Shown here: positions 27,815-39,100 of the stretch, one piece after another | Numbering within the stretch: position 1 is the first letter of the stretch | Layout: each line of letters opens with the position of its first letter | Assembly: GCA_038060895.1 (NCBI GenBank) | Contig: JBBTCT010000042.1 | Location: 1 to 63,902, forward strand | Direction: 5' to 3' | Origin: Planctomycetota bacterium | GTDB lineage: Bacteria; Planctomycetota; MHYJ01; WSZJ01 | Length of the DNA stretch: 63,902 nucleotides | Translations under genes and position numbers: made by a program | Notes under the pieces: model-generated | Databases searched by the model: none | The model's input: the letters and a program-made list of their open reading frames with translations, nothing else | What the model was told of the DNA's origin: nothing

Positions 27815-30707
27815 CCTTGCTCTTCTCCTTCGATTTCTCCTTCGGCTTTTCTTCCGTCTTTCCCGCCGCCGCGTATTCCTCCGGCGATCCGCAGGCACAG
27901 ACGAGGTTCCGGTCGCCGAACAACCCGTCGACGCGGCGCACGGTTGGCCAGTACTTGAACTCCTTCGAAGCGGCCGTCGGAAACGCGGCCTTTTCACGCG
28001 AGTACTTGTGAGTCCACTCGGTGGCGGTGACGCAGGCGGCGGTGTGCGGCGCGTTGTGCAGGACGTTGTCCTCGGCGTCGTACTTGCCCGACTCGACTTC
28101 CTTCGCTTCGGCGTTGATCAGCAGCATCGCTTCGATGTAGCGGTCGAGCTCGGCCTTCGGCTCGGACTCCGTCGGCTCGACCATCAAGGTGCCGGCGACA
28201 GGGAAGGAGAGCGTGGGCGCATGGAAGCCGTAATCCATCAGCCGCTTCGCGATGTCCTCGCCGCTGACGTGGGCGGTCTTGAGAAGCGGCCGCGGGTCGA
28301 GGATGCACTCATGGGCGACGAAGCCATGAGTTCCCTGGAAGAGCGTCTTGTACGCCTTCGAGAGGCGCTTCGCGACGTAGTTGGCTGCGAGGATCGCGAC
28401 CTTGGTGGCGAGGGTGAGGCCGTCGCCGCCCATCATGGCGATGTAGGCCCATGAGATCGTGAGAATCGAAGCGCTTCCCCAGGGCGCGGCGCTGATCGGG
28501 CCGATGGCCTTCTCGCCGCCGCATTTCACGACGGGATGCCCCGGGAGGAACGGCGCGAGGTGTTTCCTCACGCAGATCGGGCCCATGCCGGGGCCGCCGC
28601 CGCCGTGCGGGATGCAGAACGTCTTGTGCAGGTTGATGTGGCAGACGTCGGCGCCGATGAGCGCGGGCTGCGTGAGGCCGACCTGCGCGTTCATGTTGGC
28701 GCCGTCCATGTAGACCTGCCCGCCGTGGTCGTGGACGCACCGCGCGATCTCGCTGATGTCCTCTTCGAACACGCCGTGCGTCGATGGGTACGTCGCCATC
28801 AAGCACGAAAGGTCCGCCTTGTGCTCTTCGCACTTCGCCAGCAGATCCTTCACGTCGATGTTGCCTGCCTCGTCGCACTCGACAACGACGACCTTGAGGC
28901 CGGCCATGACGGCGGAAGCGGGATTCGTACCGTGAGCCGAATGCGGGATGAGGCAGACGTTGCGGTGCCCCTGCTTGATCGAGGCCTGGTACGCGCGGAT
29001 GACCAGCAGTCCCGCGTATTCGCCCTGCGAACCGGCGTTGGGTTGAAGGGATGTCGCGTCGAAGCCCGTGATCGCGGCAAGCCAGTTTTCGAGGTCGCGG
29101 AAAAGCCGCTGGTAGCCCTTCGCCTGCTCGACCGGCGCGAACGGGTGCAGCCTTCCGAAACCCGCCATCGTCACGGGGACCATCTCGGACGTCGCGTTCA
29201 ATTTCATCGTGCACGAGCCGAGCGGGATCATCCCGGCGTTGAGCGTGTAGTCGCGCGCTTCCAGCTTGTGCAGGTAGCGCAGCATGTCGTGCTCGGAGTG
29301 GTAGAGATTGAAAACGGGATGTGTCAGGAAGGCGGAGGTCCGCACAAACGGTTTTGCGAGGGTCCCTTCGGAGGCCTTGAGCCCTGGCTTCGCGCCAAAT
29401 ACCTCAAGCAAGTCGGCGATGTCCTTGTCCCCCGCGGTTTCGTCGAGAGCGACGCAGAGGGTCTGGGAGTCGAAGCGGCGCAGGTTGATTTTCTTCGCGG
29501 CGGCGCGCTTCACGATCTCTTCGGTCTTCGCGCCGGATTTCACCGCGAACGTGTCGAACACTGGCGCGCTGCCCACGTCGAGCCCCGCGCGCTGCAATCC
29601 CTCTCGCAACGTGGCCGTCATGGAGAGGACCCGGCGCGCGATCCGCTTCAGCCCCTCGGGCCCGTGATACACGGCGTACCCCGCGGCGCAGACGGCGAGG
29701 AGCACCTGTGCCGTGCAGATGTTCGACGTGGCCTTCTCGCGGCGGATGTGCTGCTCGCGCGTGGCGAGCGCCATGCGGAGCGCGGTGTTGCCGTCCTTGT
29801 CCCTGGACACGCCGATGAGGCGGCCGGGCATCGAGCGGACGAACGCTTCCTTCGTCGCCATGAACGCGGCGTGCGGGCCGCCGTAGCCCATGGGGACGCC
29901 GAAGCGCTGCGAGTTGCCGACGGCGATGTCGGCGCCGAATTCGGCGGGGGGCGTGAGGAGAGTGAGGGCGAGAAGATCGGTCGCGACCGTCACGAAGGCC
30001 TCGACCTTGTGGGCGGCGTCGCAAGTGGCGCGGTAGTCTTGGATCGACCCGTCGGTCGCCGGGTACTGCACCAGCGCGCCGAAGACGTCGCCGGCGAACG
30101 AAAATTTCCGGTGATCGCCGACCACGACCTTGATCCCCAGTGCCGCGCCGCGCGACTTCACGATCTCGATCGTCTGCGGATGGCACAGCTCGCTCACGAG
30201 GTACGTCATCCGCTCGTCGTTGCGCCCGATCCGGTGCGACATCGTCATCGCTTCCGCCGCTGCCGTCCCTTCGTCGAGCAGTGAAGCGTTCGAAATCTCC
30301 ATCCCCGTCAGATCTTTCACGAGCGTCTGGTAGTTGAGCAGCATCTCCAGCCGCCCCTGGGAGATTTCAGCCTGGTAGGGGGTGTACGCCGTGTACCAGC
30401 CCGGGTTCTCGATGATGTTGCGCAGCACGACGCCCGGCGTGACGCAGTCGTGGTACCCCATCCCGATGTATGACCGCCAGACTTCGTTCTCGCCGGCCAT
30501 CGAAGCGAGGTCCGCGAGCGCTTCGCGTTCCGAGCGCGCCGCAGGCAGGTTGAGCGGTTTCTTCAGCCGGATCGAGGGGGGGACGACCTTGTCGATGAGG
30601 TCATCCAGCGACTTCGCACCGCACGCGGCGGCCATGTCCACGATGTCCTTCGGGGTTGGGCCGATGTGGCGCCGGGCGAAGTCGTCAGTCTGCGGGAAAA
30701 GCGGCAT
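27807..30707 (-). CDS. gcvP: Glycine dehydrogenase (decarboxylating), single-chain P protein
   Basis: [54 protein letters not shown]. Confidence 0.98.
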   Translation of the reverse strand: MPLFPQTDDFARRHIGPTPKDIVDMAAACGAKSLDDLIDKVVPPSIRLKKPLNLPAARSEREALADLASMAGENEVWRSYIGMGYHDCVTPGVVLRNIIENPGWYTAYTPYQAEISQGRLEMLLNYQTLVKDLTGMEISNASLLDEGTAAAEAMTMSHRIGRNDERMTYLVSELCHPQTIEIVKSRGAALGIKVVVGDHRKFSFAGDVFGALVQYPATDGSIQDYRATCDAAHKVEAFVTVATDLLALTLLTPPAEFGADIAVGNSQRFGVPMGYGGPHAAFMATKEAFVRSMPGRLIGVSRDKDGNTALRMALATREQHIRREKATSNICTAQVLLAVCAAGYAVYHGPEGLKRIARRVLSMTATLREGLQRAGLDVGSAPVFDTFAVKSGAKTEEIVKRAAAKKINLRRFDSQTLCVALDETAGDKDIADLLEVFGAKPGLKASEGTLAKPFVRTSAFLTHPVFNLYHSEHDMLRYLHKLEARDYTLNAGMIPLGSCTMKLNATSEMVPVTMAGFGRLHPFAPVEQAKGYQRLFRDLENWLAAITGFDATSLQPNAGSQGEYAGLLVIRAYQASIKQGHRNVCLIPHSAHGTNPASAVMAGLKVVVVECDEAGNIDVKDLLAKCEEHKADLSCLMATYPSTHGVFEEDISEIARCVHDHGGQVYMDGANMNAQVGLTQPALIGADVCHINLHKTFCIPHGGGGPGMGPICVRKHLAPFLPGHPVVKCGGEKAIGPISAAPWGSASILTISWAYIAMMGGDGLTLATKVAILAANYVAKRLSKAYKTLFQGTHGFVAHECILDPRPLLKTAHVSGEDIAKRLMDYGFHAPTLSFPVAGTLMVEPTESEPKAELDRYIEAMLLINAEAKEVESGKYDAEDNVLHNAPHTAACVTATEWTHKYSREKAAFPTAASKEFKYWPTVRRVDGLFGDRNLVCACGSPEEYAAAGKTEEKPKEKSKEKSKVR

Positions 30708-30828
30708 GGGGAATTCAGCTCCGAGTGTGACGGGGAGTGGCGGAACCGGGGCGCGACGAAGGGGCGGACGAAGGATGCGGGGCGCTCACGGTTCGGTTTC
30801 CACGAAGGACCTGGGAAATGAAGCGGTC

Positions 30829-30856
30829 ATTCTAGGGGGAAGACGGAGAGGGTCAA
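30829..30856 (-). promoter_or_regulatory. Sigma70-type promoter of gcvP
   Basis: TTGACC-16 nt-TAGAAT on the minus strand. Confidence 0.65.
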
Positions 30857-31001
30857 TCAATGCCGAGCTTGCCCGCCGCAGGAGACTCGATGCACTTTTT
30901 CAGTTCCCGGGTGCTACTTATGGAATAATGGCGCCCGCTCGCGTCGTTGCAGGTCCAAAGGCGTAGCCTATTCACAGGGCATTACTTCATAGGAGGGGCC
31001 A

Positions 31002-31799
31002 ATGCGTGCATTCTGTCTGGCGCTCTGCGTCGTTGCATTCGCGCTCAGCGCGGTCGCGGACGGCAAGAAGGGCGGCAAGGCACCGCCTGCGGGGTATGCC
31101 TGGGAAGCGAACTATGATCAGGCGAAGCTGAAAGCCGCGGCGGAAGGAAAGCTGCTCTACATCGAGTTCTGGAAGGAAGGCTGACCGCCTTGCGCCAAGA
31201 TGGATACGGTTACGTATCCCTCGGACATGGTGAAGAAGTTCCTGGAGCCCCTCGTGGTGATGTACGTCAACCCGACCGCGGGCAAGGAAAACCAGAAGCT
31301 GGGCGCGCAGTTCAACGTCGATTCCTATCCGCGCATGGTTGTCGTGACGCCGAAGGGCGAGACCCTGATCGAGATCAAGGGCGGCCTGACGAGCCCGGAG
31401 GATTTCGTCGGCGGCCTCGTCAACGACTGGTGGAACAATTACGTCAACGCTCAGAACGCCAAGCCGCAGGACGTTCCGGTCATCGCGAAGAACATCTGGC
31501 TGCTGATGACGTGGTTCCCGCACTCCGATGCGGCGTCGAAGGCTGCCGAGACGAAAAAGCAGTTCGACAGCAACGAGGAATTCAAGGCGACCTGGGAACC
31601 GCTTCAGAAGGCGCATGAGCGCGAGATGCTCGATGCGAAGGCGGACGCGCAGCTGAAGCTGGGCAAGAAGAAGGAAGCGATCGAAACCTGGAAGGCTCTT
31701 CTCACAGGTTACGAAGGTTCGAAGGAAGCCGAGAACGCGGCGAAGATGCTGAAGAAACTGGGAGTGAAGCTGGACCCGCCGCCCGCGGAAAAGAAGTAG
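31002..31799 (+). CDS. Exported thioredoxin-family protein with UxxC motif (in-frame TGA 31182-31184) and helical C-terminus, putative selenoprotein
   Basis: Signal peptide, YIEFWKEG-TGA-PPCAKM, cis-Pro motif FNVDSYP; strong SD AGGAGG before 31002. Confidence 0.9.
31202..31219 (+). promoter_or_regulatory. Candidate SECIS hairpin
   Basis: Perfect GGATACG-GTTA-CGTATCC; G-first loop with 24 nt between UGA and loop. Confidence 0.7.
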
Positions 31800-31815
31800 T
31801 CGGCCTGAACAACGG

Positions 31816-31845
31816 CCCCGGCGGTCCAACCGCCGGGGTTTTTTT
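31816..31845 (+). terminator. Intrinsic terminator after the thioredoxin gene
   Basis: CCCCGGCGG-TCCAA-CCGCCGGGG followed by T7. Confidence 0.92.
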
Positions 31846-31892
31846 GTCGGTTCAGGTTCCGGTTGGCGCAAGGTTGGCGATACGATTCCGGC

Positions 31893-33257
31893 ATGAAATG
31901 CGTCCTGGGAATCCTGCTCCTGCTGGCGGCGCCCGCGTTCGCACAAACGGACGAACCCGCGCGGCCGAAATCGCCCGACGTGGAATGGGTGAAGGGCCTT
32001 CCTTCGATCGTCGAGCTCAAGGCGGCCGACGTCCTGCTGAAGCTCGTGCCAGCGCAGCCGCTTCCCATGGGCGCCGAAGGGCGGTTCCTGTTCGGGCTGA
32101 CGCCGGGGTTCGACGTGAAAGCCGGAGGCGGCGGCCTGATGCTCCAGCCGCGTGCCTGGGATGACTCGCATCCTGACCCGATCCTGGCGAAGGCCGGTCG
32201 CAGAAAGTTCGCGTTCGTCTATGGCGGTGGAGGCGCGATCGATGTGCCGGTGGAGTATTCGGCGGGCGGGAAGCCGAACTACCGAATTCCCGCCCTGCTC
32301 GAGGTCGTAGCGGGCGACGTCACGCTCTGCTTCATCGACGCCAACGGCAACGGCTGGTTCGACGACCTGGACGTGGACAAGGTTGCCGTCGGCCCTTCAA
32401 GCGATCCCGCGAAGCTTTCTTTCGAAAAATTCACGGGAGAGATTTCTGCGGGCGGGAAGCGCTGGCTGGTCTCCGCAAATCCGCGCGCCGCGGGGTTGTG
32501 GCCGCTCTCGGCAGGCGTGTCGAAGGACTACGTGCGCCACGTTTCGGAAGTCAACGCCGTGCGGCGCTTCGGCGGGATCGAGCCGGTCGGATTCGCCGAA
32601 GAGCTGATCGCGCTCTGCGAAGCGCACTCGAAGTATTGCGCGAAGAACGGGCTCACTCACTACGAGGACAAAAACAGCGCGCTCTTCACGCCCGGCGGCG
32701 AGTACGCCGGCCGCCACTCGAACGTCGGAGGCGCGGCGGATGCGAAGTCCTTCGCGCGCGAGCTGCTGTGCACGCTCTGGCACAGAAACTTCTACTACGA
32801 CGGAAACCTCACGCGCATCTCGGTCGGACTTGCCGACGGCTATGCCAGCAGCGACGTCCGCTCGTACGGAGACTGGGATCGCACTCCGGCGCTCGCGCCG
32901 TTCCGCGGTGCGCTCGACGTGCCGCTCGGAAGCGAAAACGAGAGTCCGGACCCGTACCCCGACCAGCATCTTCCGGGGCCGTTTGTGAGCGTTCTCTTCC
33001 CGAAGGACACCAAGGCGGTCCTGAAAGTCGGGACGATTGCGCCCCGCGGCGGCCAGCCGCTGAAGTGCGACTGGACCGATCCTGCGAATCCGCCGGCGAA
33101 AGCGAAGAGTCGCTTCCCCGACAACGACGGCTGCATCGTCCTGATTCCGCATCTGGCGCTGAAACCGGACACGATTCACGACGTGAAGATCACGGCCACG
33201 ATTTCCGGGAAGGATGAAGTCTTCAGCTGGTCCTTTCGAACAAAGGGTGTGAAATGA
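31893..33257 (+). CDS. Secreted protein with CAP/SCP-like domain
   Basis: Signal peptide; VNAVR, AHSKY..LTHYE, WHR. Confidence 0.65.
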   Translation: MKCVLGILLLLAAPAFAQTDEPARPKSPDVEWVKGLPSIVELKAADVLLKLVPAQPLPMGAEGRFLFGLTPGFDVKAGGGGLMLQPRAWDDSHPDPILAKAGRRKFAFVYGGGGAIDVPVEYSAGGKPNYRIPALLEVVAGDVTLCFIDANGNGWFDDLDVDKVAVGPSSDPAKLSFEKFTGEISAGGKRWLVSANPRAAGLWPLSAGVSKDYVRHVSEVNAVRRFGGIEPVGFAEELIALCEAHSKYCAKNGLTHYEDKNSALFTPGGEYAGRHSNVGGAADAKSFARELLCTLWHRNFYYDGNLTRISVGLADGYASSDVRSYGDWDRTPALAPFRGALDVPLGSENESPDPYPDQHLPGPFVSVLFPKDTKAVLKVGTIAPRGGQPLKCDWTDPANPPAKAKSRFPDNDGCIVLIPHLALKPDTIHDVKITATISGKDEVFSWSFRTKGVK

Positions 33258-33667
33258 GCGAGCGCAAACCCATCCAGCAGGGCTGGAACTCGTGGATTGA
33301 CGAGCAGGTCGCGAAGGCGCAGCGCGAGGGCGCCTTCGACAATCTGCCGGGGACGGGGAAGCCGCTGAAAGATCTCGACCGGCCCTACGAAGAAGACTGG
33401 TGGCTGCGGGAGTTCCTTGAACGAGAGCAATTGTCGGTGACGCCTGAGCCGATCGACCTCCGTGCGCGCATTTCGCAGCTGCGCGACGAGGCCGCGACGC
33501 TGACCGATGAGCGTGAAGTGCGCCGGCGCTTCGTCGCGATGAATGTCCTGATTTCGCGGCTGAACTCGATCCCCCAGCCCGACGCCATGGCGCCCGTTGC
33601 GCCGGCGGACGTGGAGGAAGAACTGAGGACATTCCGGCGGCGGCGAGCGGCGGCAAGGCAGGACTGA
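33254..33667 (+). CDS. DUF1992-family protein
   Basis: WIDEQV..AQREGAFDNLPGTGKPL. Confidence 0.85.
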   Translation: MSERKPIQQGWNSWIDEQVAKAQREGAFDNLPGTGKPLKDLDRPYEEDWWLREFLEREQLSVTPEPIDLRARISQLRDEAATLTDEREVRRRFVAMNVLISRLNSIPQPDAMAPVAPADVEEELRTFRRRRAAARQD

Positions 33668-33711
33668 GCTGATTCGTCGAACCGTTGCGTGTCTCTCGCG
33701 TTCCCACCGGC

Positions 33712-34971
33712 ATGAAACGGCGTCTCGGATTCCTGGGAACGGCGGCGCTTCTGGGAGCGATCGGGGCCGGGTCGATTCGCGGCCTCCGCTGGCAAGAAGG
33801 CGTTCCGGATCCCGGTGGCAGCGCATCCCGTGGCGAACCGAACCCGGAACTCAAAGCGTGCACCGCGGCTGGCGATGGCGAGATTGACGCAACCGGCCCC
33901 AGAGGACGGGTTGGCGGACGGAAGAACCTGGTCGCAAAGAGATCCCCAGTCACCGAATCGCGACTCTCACCGGCCCACGCCGCGCTTCATTGGCTCGGGT
34001 CCCGCCAGAACGTCGATGGATCCTGGGGATCGGGGTACGAGGAAGTGAGCGGAGAAATGTGGACCACAGCGGGAGCCACTTCGCTGTCAGTGCTGGCGTT
34101 TTTCTCGATGGGCTGGACCTCGGCCTCGCGGGATCGGTGGAAAGAGTCAGCGCCGGGAGAGGTTGTGGGCAAAGCAGAGGGTTGGCTTCGGGGGTACCTG
34201 CCGGGAACGGATCGAGAGGAAGCGCTGGTTGCTCTGGCGCTGTGCGAGTCGGCGGGGTATTCCGAGGCAGAAGAGGCGAAGGAGGCGGCGCGAAGGGCGA
34301 TGGGCCGGTTGCTGGCCCGGCAAAGGGAAGACGGGTCCTGGGATGATCCGCACGACACGGTCTGGGCCGCGATCGCGCTGAAGTCGGCGCAGGTCTCGGG
34401 GCTGGAGCTTCCCGAAGGAAGCTCGGACAGGGTCGCGAACTGGCTGGGGCAGCGTCTGAAGAGCGGCGGCGGCGACGCTGAGGCGTTCGCTTCGCTGCTG
34501 TGGCGTCACTCGCCGCACGATCCGGCGCTACGGCGCATCGTGTATGACTCGGCCCGGAACCTCCCCGATGTCTCGAAGCCCGACTTCGTGCGGTGTTACT
34601 TCGGATCCCTGGCGGCCTTCCAGTACGACGCCGGCGGATTCCGGAGCGGCCCCGATCGGCATTGGGTCAACGGGCTCCGTCGCGCGCTGGCGATGACGGC
34701 GGAAGTCGGCGGTGGATGGAGCGGCGACATCGCGACGACCGGAGCCGTGGTCCGCAACGCGCTCGGCTCGATGTCGCTCATGCGGTTTACTCGAAGTTCC
34801 AGTTCGATTGACGGGCCGCCCGTTGAACTGCCGCCGCTCGAGGACGAAGCAGTCGCTGAAGTCGGGACCGGTATGGGAGACGACGCACCGCTCGACGGCG
34901 TGCAAGACTCCGGCTCGGACCTCCTCATGGGCGACTCGGCGCCGGTCCAGGAGGCGTCGGAGACTGAGTGA
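33712..34971 (+). CDS. Prenyltransferase-repeat-like protein (divergent)
   Basis: WLGSRQNVDGSW, RQREDGSW, ALKSA; similar to the next gene. Confidence 0.7.
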   Translation: MKRRLGFLGTAALLGAIGAGSIRGLRWQEGVPDPGGSASRGEPNPELKACTAAGDGEIDATGPRGRVGGRKNLVAKRSPVTESRLSPAHAALHWLGSRQNVDGSWGSGYEEVSGEMWTTAGATSLSVLAFFSMGWTSASRDRWKESAPGEVVGKAEGWLRGYLPGTDREEALVALALCESAGYSEAEEAKEAARRAMGRLLARQREDGSWDDPHDTVWAAIALKSAQVSGLELPEGSSDRVANWLGQRLKSGGGDAEAFASLLWRHSPHDPALRRIVYDSARNLPDVSKPDFVRCYFGSLAAFQYDAGGFRSGPDRHWVNGLRRALAMTAEVGGGWSGDIATTGAVVRNALGSMSLMRFTRSSSSIDGPPVELPPLEDEAVAEVGTGMGDDAPLDGVQDSGSDLLMGDSAPVQEASETE

Positions 34972-35016
34972 GCGGGATTCACTGAACCCGGCGGTTCGAA
35001 ATCCGTTGATGGAAGC

Positions 35017-36093
35017 ATGCGCCGCTTCGCCCTCCTCGCCATCTTCGTGTCACTGGCCGGTCTTCTGGTCTGGAGATGGCGTGCGGCACAGGTCGCCGGT
35101 GAAAGGACTGAGGCGCCGGCTGCCGAGATTCCGAAGCCGGAGGCCGCGAAGCCAGACACCGAGCCAACGCCTCCGGCCGTTGCGGAAGCTCCGGCGCCGC
35201 CGCGAAAAATGCCGGATGGCGACTCGCCCCGGCAGTCCGCGAAGCTCGCCGGCCCGATTGCGTGGCTTCTTTGCTCGCAAAATGCCGACGGTTCGTGGGG
35301 CGGCGCAGACGAACTGTTTGAGGGCGCCACCTACAGCAAGCACGCGGCCACCTGCCTCGCGCTTCTGGCGCTTCTCGGCGAAGGCTTCACGCACCTGGAC
35401 AAGGAACAGTACGAGCAAGGTTGCGTCGGCGAGGCCATGAAGCAGGCGTATCTCTGGCTGGCGGCGAAAGGGCCCGAAACCCCCTTCGATGTCGCCCTCG
35501 CGTCGCTCGCATGGGGTGAAGCCTACGGAATGACAAATAGCCAGATCTTCAAGGAGCAGGCGGACAGCGGCCTCAAGGCCCTTCTCGATTTTCAGTCCGA
35601 GGACGGCTCGTGGGGAGGCGACGCGCGGACAAGTTCGTGGGCCGCGATGGCGCTGAAGTCCGCCGGGATCTCCGGTCTTTCTGTCCCGGAAACCGCGGCC
35701 TCAGGCGCGTCCGCCTGGTTTGCGGCGCGACTCGCGACAGACCCGAAACCCGAGGACGCCGTCGCGTGGCTCTTCATGACCAAGGCTGCCGGCGATTCGT
35801 CGGCGGACACCGCCAAGGCCCTGCTCGGCGCCCGTCCGCCCAGCTGGACCCAGCAGGATTTCGGCTACTGGTACCACGGCTCCCTCGCCATGTTTCAGCT
35901 CGACGGGCCGGGCGGACCTCTCTTCACCAAATGGGGGGAAGGCCTGAAGGCCACGCTGGGCGAGTTCCAGGAAGAGAACGGCGCGTGGACGGGAAGCAGC
36001 CGCGGGACCGCGGCCGTCGTGAAGAACTCCATGGGGCAGATGACGATGGAAATCTGGTACCGATACGCGAAAGTCATGGACCGGAAGAAGTAG
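35017..36093 (+). CDS. Membrane-anchored prenyltransferase-repeat protein
   Basis: SQNADGSW, QSEDGSW, YWYHGSLAMFQ, QEENGAW, EIWYRY. Confidence 0.8.
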   Translation: MRRFALLAIFVSLAGLLVWRWRAAQVAGERTEAPAAEIPKPEAAKPDTEPTPPAVAEAPAPPRKMPDGDSPRQSAKLAGPIAWLLCSQNADGSWGGADELFEGATYSKHAATCLALLALLGEGFTHLDKEQYEQGCVGEAMKQAYLWLAAKGPETPFDVALASLAWGEAYGMTNSQIFKEQADSGLKALLDFQSEDGSWGGDARTSSWAAMALKSAGISGLSVPETAASGASAWFAARLATDPKPEDAVAWLFMTKAAGDSSADTAKALLGARPPSWTQQDFGYWYHGSLAMFQLDGPGGPLFTKWGEGLKATLGEFQEENGAWTGSSRGTAAVVKNSMGQMTMEIWYRYAKVMDRKK

Positions 36094-36174
36094 GTCGTCC
36101 GGTGATAGTGGAAATTTCCGCTCGCCCGAGTTTCACTTCCGGCCACCCTCTCTCCACGGGCAACATTCTCCACC

Positions 36175-39100
36175 GTGACCGGCATTCAGCGCAGGCTGCT
36201 AGCTCTCGCCCTCGGCGTCCGCCGCGGCTTCCTGCCGCACGCGCAGGCGACTTCGGCCATGGAACTGCTGACGGTTCCTTCGCCCGCGGCTTCGACGGTC
36301 TTTCGCGGACCCCAGGGAGAGTTGCTGAAGCCTGAGCTCGTGCCCGGCGCCAGCGACCTGGTCGCGCCGCTCTCGACGCTCCTTCCCAGCGTCTGGGAGC
36401 GCCTCACGCCCGTCGAACGAAATTTGTTCGAGGGCGAATTCGACGATCTCGAACGCGACGCACCGCGCGCGATTCTCCTGATGGAAAAATCTGGACTGAA
36501 GTCGTCGATCTGGAAGCCGCTCTGGGGGATTTCGGCGCCGCCCAGGCCTGCCTCCACCGTCGCGATCATGGCCAGCGCTTCAGCCTCCGTCGGGCGCAAG
36601 ACCGAAGTGCCGCCGCCGATCGTGGTGAAGGGAAACCTGCCGTCGGAGGGAGAGGGCGCGGGGAAGGACTCGCGATATGAGCTGAAGCGCGAGCTGGCGC
36701 GCGGCGGGATGGGGCGCGTCTTCATTGCGATCGACAAGACGATCGGCCGCGAGGTTGCGATCAAGGAAATGCTGACGCCGGTGACGCGCGCCGTGCGCTC
36801 GACGACCGCCCCCGGCACTTCGGTGCACGGCGAGCTCGAGCGGTTCCTGCGGGAAGCCCGTGTCACGGGCCAGCTGGAGCATCCGAACATCGTGCCGGTC
36901 TACGAGATCGCCGAGAAGGAAGACGGATCGGTTTTCTACTCGATGAAGCTGGTACGCGGCCAGTCGATGGCGGACCGCCTGCGCGACATCCAGCGCCGGC
37001 TCGAGCTGTCGGCGGGGGAGAAGCTGGCCGAGCGGCTGAAGATGCTCGACGCGTTCGTCGACTCGTGCAACGCGATTGCGTACGCCCACAGCCGCGGCGT
37101 GATCAACCGCGACCTCAAGCCGTCCAACATCATGCTCGGCGACTTCGGCGAGACCCTCGTTCTCGACTGGGGCCTGGCGCGCGTGCTGGGGCAGGACGAC
37201 AAGGCGCGCAAGGACCTCATCAACGCGACGGCGATGATGTCGAAGAGCCCCGAAGCGCCGTCGAAGCCCGACTCGACGAAACTCACGATCGACGGCTCCG
37301 TGCTCGGCACGCCGAGCTACATGCCCCCCGAGCAGGCGCGAGGCGAGCTCGACGACATCGACGAGCGAAGCGACGTCTACTCCCTCGGCGCTATCCTCTA
37401 CGAACTCGTCACGGGGATTGCCCCGTTCGAAGGTCCGTCTGCAGAGATGGTCCTCCGTTCCGTCATTCACCTCGAGCCCGTCTGGCCCACGGCGCTCGAC
37501 AAGCACGCCCCGCGCGAGCTGGAGGCCGTGATCCAGCACGCGATGGCGAAAAACAAGTCCCAGCGCCTGGACTCCGCGAAGCGGCTCGCTGAAGAAGTGC
37601 AGGCCTTCCGGGACGGCCGAAGCGTCAGCCTCTACCAGTACACGGCGTTCGAGCAAGTCGCCCGTTTCATCCGGCGCAATCGAGCGCTCACCGTTCTGTT
37701 CGCGGGCCTGGTCGTCGCCATGGTTGCCGGGACGATCGCGTCGCTGACCTACGCCCGAATTGCGCGCGACCAGAGTGCCGAGGCTCGTGCCGCGGAGTCC
37801 GACTCGCGAAAGGCGGAGTCGGCGGCCAAGAAAGCGAGGGACGCGGCGGAAGCGGCCGCGCTGCGCGCCGAAGGACTCCGGCTCGCGGCGATCGCCAAGC
37901 CGCTCGCGGCGCAGAACTCCGGCGCCGCCCTGCTTCTCTCCATCGAAGCGGCGAAGTGTGCTCCCGGCCAGGCTTCCAACGAGGCGCTGTTCGCCGCCCT
38001 GTTCCGCCTCAACGAACGTCGCAAGCTCATCGGGCACGAACTCGGCCTGACTCACGGCCGCTTCAGCCCCGACGGGCGCCTGGTGGCCACCGGCGGTCAG
38101 GACTGGACGGTTCACGTGTGGGACGCCATCAAGGGGCTTGACCTGAAGCGCTTCGACGACGCCCGCTCCGGCGTGATCCAGGTCGAATGGAGCGTGGATG
38201 GAAAGCGGCTGGCGGCACGGGAGCTGAACGGACCGGTGCGCGTGTACGAGATGGAGCGCGGGTTGATCGCGGTTCTCGAGGGGCACGAGGGGCGCGTTCA
38301 CGGCATGGCGTGGTGGCCGGGCGGCCCGACGAAGCTGGCCACCTGGGGCGCGGACGGCACGGTGCGCGTGTGGGTGACCGCGACGGGGGAGAGCGTCACG
38401 CTGTGTCCGACGGGCAAGCCGATTTCGTTCGCCGGGTTCAGCCCGGACGGGAAGCGGATTGCGACCATCACGGACGACGGCGAATTGCGGACGTGGGAGC
38501 TTGCGACGTCGCAGGAGAGGCCGCGGCTGGAGCCGGCGGCCAAGCGCACGCTCCACGCGCAGTGGAGTCCCGACAGCAGGCGGCTTCTGGCCGCGGAAGC
38601 CGAGGCCGGCGCGCGGGTGTGGGATGTGGAAACCAGCACGCCCGTTGCTTCTGCACCCGGGGCCGACGGGCGCCCCGCCGTCGAGGTCGCGTACTCGCCG
38701 GATGGCAAGCGCGTCGCGATCCGCGCGGACGACGGGCGGGTCCAGTCCTGGGACGCCGAGCTCAAGTCTCCGGACGGCGAATTCAAGGCCTGGTCTCTCC
38801 GGCCCGAGCACATCACGCCCGATTGGAAACAGGCGCTTCGCCTGGCCGACCTGGTCGTGGAGGTCCGGGACACGAAGACCGACGCGATCGTGTCGCGGCT
38901 GGGCGCCCACGAATACCACATCGACGACGCGGCGTTCAGCGCGGACCACACGGCCATCGTCACGTGCTCTGCCGACCGCATGGGATACCTGTGGAGCGTT
39001 CTTCCCGGGCAGCAGTTCCCCCGCGTCCCGGTCGCGCCTCCCGGGACCACGATGTGGTACCCCGACATGAAGTACGTCGCGGCCGCCGGTGAAAATGGAG

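Noticed and set aside
30708-30828. Glycine riboswitch upstream of gcvP
   Set aside because: I could not find the conserved GGAGA..GAAG..CTCTCAGG aptamer elements in this roughly 120-nt leader.
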